DNA of 64,000 nt from Candidatus Multivoradales bacterium (GCA_965223325.1 CBDCWI010000002.1:864001-928000), one strand, 5' to 3'. Positions 9,820 through 20,229 are shown, counted from the stretch's first letter. Numbers and translations are program-made. The notes: generated by a model not told the origin, from the sequence alone.

Positions 9820-10830
9820 ATGACCGAGCTCGCCCCGGGGATCCCTGGGCATGCCATGGAGACCATTGACAATCGCGGGCTCGAGCAACGGGTTGTCTGC
9901 CTGGGAAGCGGCCCTCTGGTGCTCCTCCTGCACGGCTGGCCCGAATCCTGGTACTCGTGGCGGCACCAGATTCCCACCCTCGCCGCCGCCGGCTACCGGG
10001 TGGTTGCACCCGATATGCGCGGCTACGGTGGAACCGCGGCACCGGCCGAAGTCACCGACTACGACATTCTGCACCTCAAACAAGACATCGACGGTCTGAT
10101 CGATCGTTACGACGAAGGCGACGCGAAGGGGGCCTACGTCATCGGCCATGACTGGGGGTCGATCGTCGCCTGGCAGTACGCCTTGATGACCCCCGAACGC
10201 TGTCGCGGCCTCGCAACGCTCTCGGTGCCCTGGGCCGGCCGCGGGCCGATGTCGTTGGTCGATCTCCTCGAGCGCACCTGGGGGGAGAACTTCTTCTACA
10301 TTCTGTACTTCCAGGAACCCGGCGTCGCCGAGGCCGAATTCGACGCCGATCCCGAGGCGATTCTCAAGCGCCTCTACGTTGCCCCAGGGGTCCGGGTCGG
10401 CGAGCCTGAGGTCACCGACCCGAAGCGTGCGGCCGGCGGCTGGATTCCACGACTCGGGGAACCGCTCGAAGAGCAGGCCTGGCTCAAAGCCTCTGACCTC
10501 GCCTACTACACCGCCGAGTTCACCCGCGCCGGCTTTCGTGGCGGCATCAACTACTACCGCAACTTCCGGCGCAACTGGGAGCTCATCGAGCCCTGGGCGG
10601 AGGAGAAGATCAGGCCCGCGACGCTCTTCCTCGCCGGGTCCCACGATCAGGTCTTGATGGGGCGCGACCGCGACGGGCTCTTCGAGTTGATGGGGCCAGT
10701 CGTCCTGGACCTGCGCGATGTCACGCTCTTGCCGGGGGCCGGCCACTGGATTCAACAAGAGCGGCCCCGCGAAGTCAGCCAGCACCTGATCGCGTTTCTC
10801 GACGCGCTCGAGAAGTCGCGCTCGGCGTGA
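9820..10830 (+). CDS. Epoxide hydrolase (alpha/beta hydrolase, EphA-like)
   Basis: HGWPE oxyanion motif, GHDWG nucleophile, lid Tyr residues, GHWIQQE; GAGGAG RBS. Confidence 0.9.
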   Translation: MTELAPGIPGHAMETIDNRGLEQRVVCLGSGPLVLLLHGWPESWYSWRHQIPTLAAAGYRVVAPDMRGYGGTAAPAEVTDYDILHLKQDIDGLIDRYDEGDAKGAYVIGHDWGSIVAWQYALMTPERCRGLATLSVPWAGRGPMSLVDLLERTWGENFFYILYFQEPGVAEAEFDADPEAILKRLYVAPGVRVGEPEVTDPKRAAGGWIPRLGEPLEEQAWLKASDLAYYTAEFTRAGFRGGINYYRNFRRNWELIEPWAEEKIRPATLFLAGSHDQVLMGRDRDGLFELMGPVVLDLRDVTLLPGAGHWIQQERPREVSQHLIAFLDALEKSRSA

Positions 10831-12347
10831 TTCAAACCGCATCTTCACCTCCGACCCGTGGCGGCCTCGACGCCTGGGTCGACGAGAAGTTTCAGCCGCT
10901 CGCCGAGGGGCTCTCTGACGTCGTCTTCTTCGAAGTCACCCTTCTCGGCCAGCCGGTTCAAGTCGTGGTTCTGTGGCTGATCGTCGCAGCACTTTGGTTC
11001 ACGATCTCTTTTCGCTTCATCAACCTTCGCGGCTTCGCCGAAGGTGTGCGCCTGGTGACTGGGCGTGGCACCCGCATCCCGGGCGAGGACAAGGCTCTTG
11101 TCCAGCCGGGCCAGGTCAGCCACTTCCAGGCCCTGGCGACTGCGGTCTCGGGAACTGTCGGGGTCGGCAACATCGCCCATGTCGCGATCGCGGTCTCGGT
11201 GGGCGGTCCGGGCGCGATCTTCTGGATGGTGATGGCCGGCTTCCTGGGCATGTCGTCGAAGTTCGTCGAATGCACCCTGGGCGTTGTGTACCGGGTCGAA
11301 GATGACGACGGCCAGGTGCTCGGCGGCCCGATGTTCTATCTCAGCCGCGGTCTCAGAGAGCGCGGCTTGCCACGACTCGGCAGTTCGTTGGCCATGTACT
11401 ACGCCTTCTGCGTGATGATCGGAAGCCTCGGGATCGGCTGCATGTTCCAGGCGAACCAGGCCTACGCCCAGTTCAACGACATCACCGGTGGTGCCGAAGG
11501 ACCGCTCGCGGAGCGCGGCTGGCTCTTCGGCGTGGTTCTGGCTCTCATTGTGGCGGTAGTGATTGTCGGCGGAATCCAGAGCATCGCTCGCGTGACCTCG
11601 AAGCTGGTGCCAGGGATGGCGTTGACCTATCTCTTGTGCGCCTGGTTCGTCATTGCCTCAGACATCGAGCGGGTCCCGGCAGCGTTGGCCGCGATCGTCG
11701 CCGGTGCCTTCGAACCCGAGGGTTTCGCGGGCGGCATGTTGGGCGTCATGACTCTGGGCTTTCTGCGCGCGGCGTTCTCCAACGAGGCCGGCATTGGCTC
11801 AGCTTCCATCGCCCACGCCGCCGTGCGCACCCGCGAGCCGGTCACCGAAGGGTTCGTCGCCATTCTCGAACCGTTCATCGATACGGTGGTGGTGTGCGCG
11901 ACCACCGGCATGGTGATCGTTGTCTCAGGTGTCAAACGACCGGGGGTCTCCGGTGTCGAGCTGACCTCAGATGCCTTCGCCCAGGTGGTTCCCTGGTTCC
12001 CGGTGGTGCTGGCTCTGGTGGTCGCCCTGTTTGCCTTCTCGACGATCATTTCGTGGTCGTACTACGGGCTTGCCGGCTGGCTCTACATTCTCGGCCGTGG
12101 CCGTCGCACCGACGACGCCGGCAACGTAACGACCGAGGGGCCGCGCCCGCGGGGCCTGGCCGCGCAGTCCTTCAACCTGCTGTTTTGTGTCTTCGTCGCA
12201 CTCGGTTGCATGACCTCGCTCGACAACCTGCTCGACTTCTCAGACGCCATGGTATTCGCCATGGCCTTCGCCAATGTGCTAGGGCTCTACCTTCTGGCGC
12301 CGGTGGTGCGCGCCGAGTTGGCGGACTACTGGGCGAAGCGCGGCTAG
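10827..12347 (+). CDS. Alanine/glycine:cation symporter (AGCS family)
   Basis: GTVGVGNI, GGPGAIFWM, GGPMFY, FSNEAGIGS, LEPFIDT motifs. Confidence 0.92.
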   Translation: MIQTASSPPTRGGLDAWVDEKFQPLAEGLSDVVFFEVTLLGQPVQVVVLWLIVAALWFTISFRFINLRGFAEGVRLVTGRGTRIPGEDKALVQPGQVSHFQALATAVSGTVGVGNIAHVAIAVSVGGPGAIFWMVMAGFLGMSSKFVECTLGVVYRVEDDDGQVLGGPMFYLSRGLRERGLPRLGSSLAMYYAFCVMIGSLGIGCMFQANQAYAQFNDITGGAEGPLAERGWLFGVVLALIVAVVIVGGIQSIARVTSKLVPGMALTYLLCAWFVIASDIERVPAALAAIVAGAFEPEGFAGGMLGVMTLGFLRAAFSNEAGIGSASIAHAAVRTREPVTEGFVAILEPFIDTVVVCATTGMVIVVSGVKRPGVSGVELTSDAFAQVVPWFPVVLALVVALFAFSTIISWSYYGLAGWLYILGRGRRTDDAGNVTTEGPRPRGLAAQSFNLLFCVFVALGCMTSLDNLLDFSDAMVFAMAFANVLGLYLLAPVVRAELADYWAKRG

Positions 12348-13678
12348 GCCTGGGCGCGCACCCGAATGTGGTCGCCGGCTTCGGAGAGATCAGGGATTCC
12401 CAACTGACCCTCACTCGCGGCCACCACCGTGGCGACGGTAGCGTCACCGGTGACGTTGGTGACCGTGCGCAGCATGTCGAGAATGCGGTCGACGCCGAGG
12501 ATGAGGGCGATGCCGGCGCTGGGCACGCCGATCGACTGCAGGATGATGACCAACATGATGATGCCGGCTCCCGGCACGGCCGCCGTCCCGATCGAGGCCA
12601 GCACCGCAGTGAGAACGATCGTCAACTGGCCGGCGAGACCGATGTCCATCCCCATCGCCTGGGCGATGAACACCGCTGCGACCGCCTGGTAGAGAGCGGT
12701 ACCGTCCATGTTGATGGTCGCACCCAGAGGCAGCACGAACGACGAGACCTCCTCCGAAACGCCGAGTTTCTCTTCGCAGCGTTCCATGGTCACCGGCAGG
12801 GTCGCGCCGCTCGAACTGGTCGAGAACGCCACCAGCTGCGCCGGCGCCATGCCCGCCAGGAAAGTCTTCATCTTCATCGGCGTCAGGAACTTGAGCAGCA
12901 GGCCATAAGTGAACGCGGTGTGCACGAACAGCCCGAGCACCACCGCCAGACAGTAGAAACCGAGAGCGGCCAGGAGGTCGAGGATCTGCCCCAGGTCGTC
13001 GCCAGCGAGACCCGTAATGGTACGCGCAATGAGCGCAAAAACACCCAGCGGAGCCATCAGCATGATCAGGTCGACCAGGCGAATCACTACCTCGTTCGCC
13101 GACTCGAGAAGATCGAGCAACGGTTTGGCGCGCTCCGGTGCGAGCTGGATCAGACCGATCCCCACGAACAGCGACACGAACACCACCTGCAGCATGTTGC
13201 GGTTGCTTGACGCCGAGGCAAAGAAGTTCGACGGCACGATGTCGACCAGGATCTGGAGCGGGCCACGCTCTGCCGCATCGCTCGCTGCCGCTTCGCGCAT
13301 GCTGACGTCGCCGGCAAACTGTTCCTGGAGCTGGTTCTGGGCCTCGGCGGGGACACGGTGACCGGGCTGCATGAGGTTGACGATCAGAAGACCAAGGGTG
13401 ACCGCAACGGCGGTCGTGCCGATGTAGATCGCGATCGTCTTGCCACCGATGCGAGACAGCTTGCGAAGATCGGAAAGCGACGCGACGCCGCCGATCAGCG
13501 ACACGATCACCAGTGGTACTGCAATCAGTTGCAGAGCGTTGATGAAGATCGTACCGAAGGGTGAGATCCAGTCGGCGGTGAAGCCACCCCATCCCTGGGC
13601 AGCCGCGACCAGGCCATAGATGAGGCCAAGGATCATGCCGACGATGATCTGCCAGTGCAGCTTGCGGTACCAGGCCAT
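12344..13678 (-). CDS. Dicarboxylate/amino acid:cation symporter (DAACS, GltP/GltT-like)
   Basis: AFSTSSSGATLP, LPLGATINMDG, DRILDMLRTVTNVTGD; start at MAWYRKLHWQ. Confidence 0.93.
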   Translation of the reverse strand: MAWYRKLHWQIIVGMILGLIYGLVAAAQGWGGFTADWISPFGTIFINALQLIAVPLVIVSLIGGVASLSDLRKLSRIGGKTIAIYIGTTAVAVTLGLLIVNLMQPGHRVPAEAQNQLQEQFAGDVSMREAAASDAAERGPLQILVDIVPSNFFASASSNRNMLQVVFVSLFVGIGLIQLAPERAKPLLDLLESANEVVIRLVDLIMLMAPLGVFALIARTITGLAGDDLGQILDLLAALGFYCLAVVLGLFVHTAFTYGLLLKFLTPMKMKTFLAGMAPAQLVAFSTSSSGATLPVTMERCEEKLGVSEEVSSFVLPLGATINMDGTALYQAVAAVFIAQAMGMDIGLAGQLTIVLTAVLASIGTAAVPGAGIIMLVIILQSIGVPSAGIALILGVDRILDMLRTVTNVTGDATVATVVAASEGQLGIPDLSEAGDHIRVRAQA

Positions 13679-13781
13679 CAGGGGGCGCCCTTCGAAGAAA
13701 CGGGTGTCGTAGTGGGATCCACCGCAACCTACCAAAGCCAGCTATCCTAAAAGCCTCTACCAACCAGAAGGAACCGACCGC

Positions 13782-14378
13782 ATGCCGCCAGTGATCTCGG
13801 ACGAAGCCCTGGACGTACTCTTCCGCGACGCCCGCAGCCAGAATGGCTGGCGCCCGAAAGATATCGACGATGGTGTCCTCGATGAGCTCCACAACATCAT
13901 GAAATGGGGGCCAACGAGCGCCAACGGCTGGCCCATGCGAACCGTTTTCGTACGCTCACCCGAGGCGAAGGCAAAGCTTGCGGCGACCGCTATGGAAGGC
14001 AACCAGAAGAAGATTCTGGCGGCTCCGGTGACCGCGATTCTGGCTAATGACTTCGCCTTCTTCGAGCGCATGGACACCCTCTTCCCACACAATCCGGGGA
14101 TGGCTGAGATGTTTGCCGGCAACGCGGAGCTTGCGGAGATCACCGCGCTGCGCAACGGAACGCTGCAGGCCGCCTACTTCATGATCGCCGCACGCGCTCT
14201 CGGGCTCGATTGCGGTCCGATGTCAGGGTTCGACAACGCCGCCTGCGACCAGGCGTTCTTCAGCGAAACACCAGAGGTGCGCTCGAACTTCATCTGCAGC
14301 CTCGGCTACGGCGACCCGGCGGCTCTGTTTCCCCGACTGCCGCGGCCAGAGTTCGACGACGTCTGCCGCACCGAGTAA
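13782..14378 (+). CDS. rutE: Malonic semialdehyde reductase / nitroreductase (RutE-like)
   Basis: LFRDARSQNGW, WGPTSAN, RALGLDCGPMSGFD, LFPRLPR. Confidence 0.8.
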   Translation: MPPVISDEALDVLFRDARSQNGWRPKDIDDGVLDELHNIMKWGPTSANGWPMRTVFVRSPEAKAKLAATAMEGNQKKILAAPVTAILANDFAFFERMDTLFPHNPGMAEMFAGNAELAEITALRNGTLQAAYFMIAARALGLDCGPMSGFDNAACDQAFFSETPEVRSNFICSLGYGDPAALFPRLPRPEFDDVCRTE

Positions 14379-14408
14379 GGCGGCGACTGCCCTCCCCTTC
14401 GGACCGCC

Positions 14409-15224
14409 ATGCAAGACCGGCAAGCGGAAGATTTCCACTACGAGCTCGAAACGCGTCTTGCCGAGCGTTTGCGAGCGGCCGCCCCTGCTGAGCGTCAAGC
14501 GCTCTACGGCGAGGTCTACGACGAGCTCTACCGGCAGTTGACCGACAAAGGTCTCGGCCACCGCGTGGCGCAAAACGCACCTGGCCAGACGGAGTTGCTG
14601 CTCACGCTGCTCGCCCCTTTTCTCGAGGGCACGCGTGTCTTCGTTGAGTTCGGTGCCGGCGACGGCGGGCTGGCCGAGCGGGTCGCTGAACACGTGCCGA
14701 CGGTGTGGGCGGTTGACTCCTCGGCCGAGGCCGCCCGAGAGGCCGACTCTGGGGTTCGCAAGCGAACCCCGGAAGTTGCGCGTCTCGAGATCGCTCCCGC
14801 CTCGGTCGACCTGGCCTTCAGTTGCCACCTGGTCGAGCACCTTCATCCGGACGACCTGCCCGGCCACCTCAGCGAGGTGCATCGCCAGCTCTGTCCCGGC
14901 GGTCGATACATCGTTGTGACGCCGAACCGCCTGCTCGGTCCGCACGACGTCTCACGCGGTCGCGACCCAGTACCACGCGGTCTTCACCTGGCGGAGTACG
15001 ACCACGGTCAGCTGGCCAGGGCACTCCGAGGCGCGGGGTTTCAGAAAGTGCAGGCGCTCATCGGAATCGGCACGGCACCGCGAACCTCCGGGGTCCTTGC
15101 GCTCACCCTCCTCGAAGGGGCGCTGGCCACACTTCCCCGCCGGCTGCGGGCTGGTCTCTTGGGCCGTTTCGGTCGGCAACCTCATCGCCCGCTCGAACAG
15201 GTCAAGCTGGTCGCAACGCGGTAG
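14409..15224 (+). CDS. Class I SAM-dependent methyltransferase
   Basis: VEFGAGDG motif I; LVEHLHP; LCPGGRYIVVTPN. Confidence 0.85.
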   Translation: MQDRQAEDFHYELETRLAERLRAAAPAERQALYGEVYDELYRQLTDKGLGHRVAQNAPGQTELLLTLLAPFLEGTRVFVEFGAGDGGLAERVAEHVPTVWAVDSSAEAAREADSGVRKRTPEVARLEIAPASVDLAFSCHLVEHLHPDDLPGHLSEVHRQLCPGGRYIVVTPNRLLGPHDVSRGRDPVPRGLHLAEYDHGQLARALRGAGFQKVQALIGIGTAPRTSGVLALTLLEGALATLPRRLRAGLLGRFGRQPHRPLEQVKLVATR

Positions 15225-15287
15225 CAGCCATGCGGCAGTTCATGTGAGATCCTGCCGTCACATCAAGCAACCCGGAAACGAGAGCCC

Positions 15288-16838
15288 ATGAGCTGGCAGG
15301 ACGAGATTGAAGAACTGAAGCGCCGCCAGGCGCTGGCCTTCGAAATGGGTGGCGAAGAAAAGGTCGATCGCCAGCACTACTACGGCAAGCTGACCATTCG
15401 CGAACGCGTTGCGCAAATGGTCGACCCCGGGACCTTCCGCGAGATCGGCACTCTCGCCGGGGCAGCGCGCTACGACGACAAGGGCGAAATGATCGCCTTC
15501 ACACCCTCGAACTTCGTTTTCGGCACCGCGCGCATCGACGAACGGCCGGTGGTCATTTCGGGCGACGACTTCACGGTTCGCGGCGGCTCTTCGGAGGCTT
15601 CGATTCCCGCCAAGCGCTTGCAGTCGGAAGGACTGGCCGTCGAGCTCGGGCTGCCGCACGTGCGTTTGATCGACGGCATGGGCGGCGGCGGCTCGGTCAA
15701 GACGATCGAGATGGCCGGCCGCACCTACATCCCCGAGATCCGCGGTTGGGAGACTGTCGTCGAGCACCTGGCGGTCGCCCCGTCGGTCGCGCTCGCGCTG
15801 GGCTCGGTCGCCGGGCTGGGGGCGGCGCGGGTGGCTACGAGCCACTACTCGCTGATCGTGCGCGACACGGCGCAGATGATGATCGCCGGCCCGGCTCTCG
15901 TCGAAGGAGCGGGCGGCGGCACGGTTTCGAAAGAGGAGCTCGGCCACGCCCGCGTGCACACCTCGAACGGCGCCATCGACGATGCCGTGGCAAGCGAGGC
16001 CGAGGCTTTCGAGCGCACCAGGCGTTTCCTGTCGTACCTGCCGCAGAACGTCTCCGAACTGCCGCCCCGTGCAACAACGGGCGACGACCGACAGCGAACG
16101 GACCCCGAGCTGCTGGACATCGTGCCGCGCGATCCGCGGCGCACCTACAAGATGCGTCGCATTCTCGAGTCCGTCTTCGACCAGGGCTCCTTCTTCGAAA
16201 TCGGCCGCGCCTGGGGGCGCTCGATCATCACCGGCCTCGCCCACCTCGACGGCCACCCGGTGGCGGTCTTCGCCGAGGATGTCAACCACTACGGTGGCGG
16301 CTGGACAGCCGACTCGTGCCGCAAGCTCATCCGCCATATCGATCTGGCGTCGACCTTTCACTTGCCACTGGTTCATCTCGAAGACTGCCCCGGCTTTGTC
16401 ATCGGCAAGCAAGCCGAGGAACAGGCCACCATCCGTTTTGGATCGCAAGCTCTGGCCGCCCTCGGCCAGTCGACGACACCGTTCTGCTGCGTGGTCATCA
16501 GGAAAGCCTTCGGGGTCGCAGGTGCCGCCAACCGCAAGCCCGGCTCGCATCACCTTCGGATGGCCTGGCCTTCGGGCGACTGGGGGTCGCTACCGATCGA
16601 GGGTGGCATCGAGGTCGCCTACAAGGCCGAGCTCGCCGAAGTCGATGACTACGACGCCCACCTGGCCGAGATCATCGAGCGACTGAACCGCACCCGATCC
16701 CCGTTTCGTTCTGCCGAACACTTCGAGATCGAAAACATCATCGACCCGCGCGAGACCCGTCAGCACCTGTGTGACTGGGTCCAGCTCGCCGCCGCTGCCA
16801 CCAGGCCGGGCCGTCAAGCGTTTACCTACCGTCCTTGA
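15288..16838 (+). CDS. Acyl-CoA carboxylase carboxyltransferase (beta) subunit
   Basis: MGGEEKVDRQH..GKLTIRER, DDFTVRGG, DCPGFVIG, RKAFGVAG, IIDPRETR. Confidence 0.92.
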   Translation: MSWQDEIEELKRRQALAFEMGGEEKVDRQHYYGKLTIRERVAQMVDPGTFREIGTLAGAARYDDKGEMIAFTPSNFVFGTARIDERPVVISGDDFTVRGGSSEASIPAKRLQSEGLAVELGLPHVRLIDGMGGGGSVKTIEMAGRTYIPEIRGWETVVEHLAVAPSVALALGSVAGLGAARVATSHYSLIVRDTAQMMIAGPALVEGAGGGTVSKEELGHARVHTSNGAIDDAVASEAEAFERTRRFLSYLPQNVSELPPRATTGDDRQRTDPELLDIVPRDPRRTYKMRRILESVFDQGSFFEIGRAWGRSIITGLAHLDGHPVAVFAEDVNHYGGGWTADSCRKLIRHIDLASTFHLPLVHLEDCPGFVIGKQAEEQATIRFGSQALAALGQSTTPFCCVVIRKAFGVAGAANRKPGSHHLRMAWPSGDWGSLPIEGGIEVAYKAELAEVDDYDAHLAEIIERLNRTRSPFRSAEHFEIENIIDPRETRQHLCDWVQLAAAATRPGRQAFTYRP

Positions 16839-18031
16839 GACGGGGCGAGGACTTGGTAGAAGTCGGGCGCCGCCGGCTGTCCGAGGCTGGCCGCCGCCTG
16901 CGGCCAGTCGTAGCCCAGGAGTCGCGCGACGGTCGCTGCGATCTGACTCGCCGCCACGGGGTCGTGCGCGTGATGACTCGCCCCGCGTTCCCCCAGGGCC
17001 GGAATGCCGGCACCGATCGCCGCTAGCCAGACCTCACCGGCACCCTCGACATCGGCGCCATGGCCCGTCCACAGAGAAGGCTTCAAGGCGCCGCGACCGC
17101 GGCCGTGATCAACGGTGAGAAGCATCGTCGTGCGCAGCTCGCCGTGCTCCGCCATGTCTTCGCGCACCAGGCGTTCCCAGAGCACAGCTAAGAGCGCGTC
17201 GCAGCGGCGGGTCGACACCAGGTAGCGGTCGTAGCGCCCCTGGTGTGCCCAGTCGTCGGGCTCAGCGAGGGCGAGATGAAAGAGACGTGGCGCGAGATGG
17301 TCGAGCACGTCATGGGCAATGGCCATGTTGAACGAGTCGTAGCGCACGTTCTCCCACTCGCGTGCCGTCGTTTCCATGAGCTCGTTGGTGCGCACAATCG
17401 CCGCGCGGTCGGCCTCGGAGAGCTGCCGTGTCAGGGACTCGGGCAGCGTAAGAGGCATCCAGCCGGCGTTGACGAACACCCCCGACCTGCTCTCTGCCAC
17501 GATCCACGGAAACACGTCCCAACCCGCAACCAGCGCCGTGTCGATGCGCTCGCTGGCGGCGTCTTGATCGAGACCCTCGATCCACTCGAGCAGGGTGACG
17601 TTCGGATTGTCGACCTTGCTGTTGCTGAATATGCGGGAGTCGTCGGCATGACCAGTGAGCAGCTCGCTGTAGCCCGGGTAGGAGAAGTGACGCGTGTTGG
17701 CCAGGTCGACCGCGCTTCCGAGGTCGCGATTGCCCAGGATCTGCCCGTCCCGCAGCACCGTGTCCCACAAGAAGGGCATCAAGTAGGTCCGTCTCTGGTT
17801 GGCGTCGCCGGCAATGAACTCAGACATCGCATCGGCGGCCTTCACCTCACCCAGGAGCTCCGCGTCGGCACCTCGGAAGACGTCCTGCCATCGCAAACCG
17901 TCAATAGTCACCAGAACGACCCGCTCGGTAGGCGCCGCTTCGGCCGCCAGCGGCGGCGGGAAAAGCGCCAGGAGGACGGAAACCCCCAGCGTGATCCAGA
18001 CTGCGGAATCCCGCGTTCGATCGAACAACAT
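16826..18031 (-). CDS. Secreted alkaline-phosphatase-superfamily protein (phosphoglyceromutase-like AP protein)
   Basis: IDGLRWQ, FSYPGYSELLTG, EPDDWAH, TVDHGRG, WTGHG metal-ligand motifs; signal peptide. Confidence 0.8.
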   Translation of the reverse strand: MLFDRTRDSAVWITLGVSVLLALFPPPLAAEAAPTERVVLVTIDGLRWQDVFRGADAELLGEVKAADAMSEFIAGDANQRRTYLMPFLWDTVLRDGQILGNRDLGSAVDLANTRHFSYPGYSELLTGHADDSRIFSNSKVDNPNVTLLEWIEGLDQDAASERIDTALVAGWDVFPWIVAESRSGVFVNAGWMPLTLPESLTRQLSEADRAAIVRTNELMETTAREWENVRYDSFNMAIAHDVLDHLAPRLFHLALAEPDDWAHQGRYDRYLVSTRRCDALLAVLWERLVREDMAEHGELRTTMLLTVDHGRGRGALKPSLWTGHGADVEGAGEVWLAAIGAGIPALGERGASHHAHDPVAASQIAATVARLLGYDWPQAAASLGQPAAPDFYQVLAPSQGR

Positions 18032-18110
18032 CGCGCGCTCTCCGGAAGGTAGTGTGAAGAGTCAAAGCCTATCTCCCCACCACCGAACCACCCCCGTAGG
18101 AGCAACAACG

Positions 18111-18524
18111 ATGCAAGACACCTCCGCCGGACTCGAGGCATGGCATCGCCTGGTGCGCGAGCAGAACACCGCGCTCCTCGACGAGCTACTCGCCGACGAC
18201 GTCACATTTCACTCGCCAGTCGTCCACACGCCCCAGGAAGGCAAGGCGATCACGCGGCTCTACCTCACCGCTGCCACCGAGGTGCTCGGCGGTGACGGTT
18301 TCGAATACGTGCGCGAAGTCGTCGATGGAAGAAACGCCATCCTCGAGTTCCGCACCGAGATCGACGGCATCGTCATCAACGGCATCGACATGATCCATTG
18401 GAACGCCGATGGCAAGATCGACGACTTCAAGGTCATGATCCGGCCACTGAAGGCGATCCAGAAGCTGCACGGCATGATGGCGGCGTTACTCGAAAAAATG
18501 AGCAAACCCGCCCAGCCGCACTAA
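18111..18524 (+). CDS. SnoaL/NTF2-like protein
   Basis: LLADDVTFHSPVVHTPQEGK...NGIDMI...FKVMIRPLKA; AGGAG RBS. Confidence 0.85.
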   Translation: MQDTSAGLEAWHRLVREQNTALLDELLADDVTFHSPVVHTPQEGKAITRLYLTAATEVLGGDGFEYVREVVDGRNAILEFRTEIDGIVINGIDMIHWNADGKIDDFKVMIRPLKAIQKLHGMMAALLEKMSKPAQPH

Positions 18525-18642
18525 CGCCCCGAGAATCCCCAGATTCACCCCAGTCGTTTCCCAGTCGTATGCCCGGGAAACGCCCGGGAGGCGCCCGGGA
18601 GGCGCCGGGCGTCGGACCGGAGATGGTTGCCTTTCGGGACCC

Positions 18643-18690
18643 TTGCCTGATACCCCCAGGGGGTATAGAATGGATACCCCCACCGGGTAT
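18643..18690 (+). promoter_or_regulatory. Sigma70 promoter with two CsoR-type operators
   Basis: TTGCCT (18643)-17 bp-TAGAAT (18666); perfect palindrome ATACCCCC-A-GGGGGTAT (18650-18666) and a second ATACCCCCACCGGGTAT (18674-18690), matching the C/G-tract CsoR operator type. Confidence 0.85.
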
Positions 18691-18718
18691 TCCAGCGGTG
18701 CGGTCCAAGGGAGTGGTC

Positions 18719-19006
18719 ATGGACACAGATACGCAGAAGCTCATCAACCGTCGGTTGCGGCGCGCCGAAGGGCAGGTCGCTGGCATCAGCCGCATGATCG
18801 AGGAACAGGAGGCCTGTGTCGACGTCTTGATGCAGATCTCGGCGGTTCGCGGTGCGCTTGGCAAGATTGCCCAGATGATGCTCGCCAACCACCTCGACAC
18901 TTGCGTCGCCAGCGCCATCGAGAGTGGCGACAAAGAGGCGCGACGTGAACACATCGACGAGATCACCGACCTGTTCGGGCGCTTCGGAGCATTGGCGGGA
19001 CGATGA
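18719..19006 (+). CDS. csoR: CsoR/RcnR-family metal-sensing repressor (Cu(I)-type C-H-C ligands)
   Basis: RLRRAEGQVAGISRMI...CVDVLMQISAV...HLDTCV. Confidence 0.85.
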   Translation: MDTDTQKLINRRLRRAEGQVAGISRMIEEQEACVDVLMQISAVRGALGKIAQMMLANHLDTCVASAIESGDKEARREHIDEITDLFGRFGALAGR

Positions 19007-20229
19007 GCACTCTCTCGGTCTTCGCCGGGGCGGTCTGGGACGTGACCCTCGAACTGGCTCCCTGGCTGCTGCTGGGTACGGCGGTGGCAGCGCTTCTCCA
19101 CCTCTTTCTTCCCGCCGACCTCATTCGGCGCCGCATGCAGGGAAAGCGCGGCGTTCTCACCGCAGTGGTGCTCGGTGTTCCGCTGCCGCTTTGTTCGTGC
19201 GGTGTCATTCCTGCCGGCATCGGACTACGCCGCGACGGCGCCAGCCGCGGCTCGGCTCTGGGTTTCCTCATCAGCACCCCGCAGACCGGAGTCGACTCGG
19301 TGCTGGTTTCGGCTTCGTTTCTGGGTTGGCCGTTCGCGATCTGGAAGCTCGCGGTCGCCGGCATCACCGGCGTTGTTGGCGGTTTGCTCACCGAAGAGCT
19401 GGTCGCCGAGGGCCCGAGCGACCGCGAGGCGCTCGAGGCCATCACTGCAGACTCCCCCACGCGGGCCCTACGCACCCCACGTGCAGCTCTCGATCACGGG
19501 GTCGATATCCTGCGCAGTATCTGGCGCTGGCTGGTGTTCGGGGTGCTGGTGTCAGCGGCCATTACCACTCTGGTGCCACCCGATGCCTTCGCTGGCTTGA
19601 GCGGCAACAACGGCCTGACCGCGGGCCTTGTCGCACTGGTGATCTCGCTGCCACTCTATGTCTGCGCCACCGCCTCCGTTCCGATTGCGGCTGCGATGGT
19701 GAGCACCGGTCTACCCGCCGGGGCGGCGCTGGTGTTTCTGCTTGCCGGACCGGCAACCAACGTCGCCACCATGGGCGCGATTCGGCGCGCCTTCGGTGGC
19801 CGCACGCTCGGGATCTACCTCGGCACGCTCATCGTAGGGTCACTCGCTGGCGGCATGCTGTTCGACAGTCTGCTCGACGGGCAGGCGATCTCCGAGATGG
19901 CCCACCACGAGATGACCCAACCGTGGACGATCGCTGCAGCCCTTGCCCTCATCGCTCTCTTGTTCTGGTTCGCAGGGGAAGAACTGCGCGCCTTCATCAA
20001 GGGCCGCCAGTTGACCGACCCCCAAGCGGCGCGTCAACAGTTTCCAGTCGAAGGAATGAACTGCGGTAACTGCGTGCGCAAGATCGAAAGCGCGGTGGGC
20101 GCCCTCGAAGGCGTCGTTCGGGTCGAGGTCGAGCTCCAGGAGGGGCGGGTCGACGTTATTGGTGCCGTGTCTCGACCCGCGATCGTCGCGGCCATCGAGA
20201 CCGCCGGTTTTCGACTCGCGACCCCCTAG
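19003..20229 (+). CDS. Cu/Zn efflux-type permease (DUF318/ArsP-like) with C-terminal HMA domain
   Basis: LPLCSCGV, STPQTGVDS, LYVCATASVP, AGPATN; HMA GMNCGNC; ATGA overlap with csoR. Confidence 0.88.
   Translation: MSTLSVFAGAVWDVTLELAPWLLLGTAVAALLHLFLPADLIRRRMQGKRGVLTAVVLGVPLPLCSCGVIPAGIGLRRDGASRGSALGFLISTPQTGVDSVLVSASFLGWPFAIWKLAVAGITGVVGGLLTEELVAEGPSDREALEAITADSPTRALRTPRAALDHGVDILRSIWRWLVFGVLVSAAITTLVPPDAFAGLSGNNGLTAGLVALVISLPLYVCATASVPIAAAMVSTGLPAGAALVFLLAGPATNVATMGAIRRAFGGRTLGIYLGTLIVGSLAGGMLFDSLLDGQAISEMAHHEMTQPWTIAAALALIALLFWFAGEELRAFIKGRQLTDPQAARQQFPVEGMNCGNCVRKIESAVGALEGVVRVEVELQEGRVDVIGAVSRPAIVAAIETAGFRLATP

Noticed and set aside
18570-18612. CGCCCGGGAGG short tandem repeat
   Set aside because: Three short GC-rich self-complementary units after a stop codon; most simply a terminator-like hairpin
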